A program made the position numbers and the translations under genes. The notes under the pieces were generated by a model. That model was not told the origin of the DNA, did not search any database, and was given only the letters and a program-made list of their open reading frames with translations. A stretch of DNA of 20,000 nucleotides from Reclinomonas americana ATCC 50394 (taxonomy: Eukaryota): assembly GCA_048213135.1 (NCBI GenBank), contig PS015039.1, positions 230,799-250,798 on the forward strand, read 5' to 3'. Shown one piece after another: positions 19,685 through 20,000 of this stretch; the stretch's first letter is position 1, and each line of letters begins with the position of its first letter.

Positions 19685-19838
19685 ATGAGATCATTTGCGC
19701 TTGTCTCGCTTGTGTTGGTGGTGCTGTGTGTGGCGGTCATTGCCACTGACGCGCAGGTGCGTGTGCTCAAGGCCGCAGTGCCAGTGCCCGCACCGCCTGC
19801 TGATGGAAGCGGGACGTCGATGTCGCCTGGGTTCCCAG
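19685..19838 (+). CDS. First exon of a secreted protein of unknown function (continues beyond window)
   Basis: MRSFALVSLVLVVLCVAVIATDA/QVRVLKAAVPVPAPP.. is a classic signal peptide; donor CAG/GTGAGA after 19838. Confidence 0.72.
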
Positions 19839-19934
19839 GTGAGAGAGAGAGAAAAAAGGAGAGAGAGACAAAGAAAGAGAGAGATGCGCGAACTTTTTGA
19901 TCGTTGACTACAGATGCTCTTATGTGCGTGTGTG

Positions 19935-19935
19935 T

Positions 19936-20000
<65 letters not shown>
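19935..20000. repeat. (GA)n microsatellite
   Basis: Directly visible; runs to the window end. Confidence 0.97.

Overview
Intron-dense, GC-rich eukaryotic (probably protist) genomic DNA with one 66-N assembly gap (16165-16230). The ORF track is fragmented by spliceosomal introns, so I spliced genes by hand using GT..AG boundaries and phase checks. Contents: (1) the 3' end of a + strand Ser/Pro-rich gene (stop at 1330). (2) One very large - strand gene (12786 to about 1422) that splices in frame from a low-complexity N-terminus through a beta-rich region, ankyrin-like repeats, a NACHT/STAND NTPase, pentapeptide repeats and WD40 repeats. A degenerate Roc-like GTPase domain interrupts the WD40 array, and the protein ends in a 'VKGL..RQTRLLVQHGA' tail. 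(3) An 8-exon signal-peptide-bearing FAD-dependent oxidoreductase (19568 to 13571, - strand). Its 2.7 kb fourth intron contains a second, six-exon NACHT fragment on the same strand. (4) The first exon of a divergently transcribed secreted protein (from 19685, + strand). Several introns are expanded by purine/pyrimidine-skewed microsatellites and minisatellites. All family assignments come from motif recognition, not database searches.
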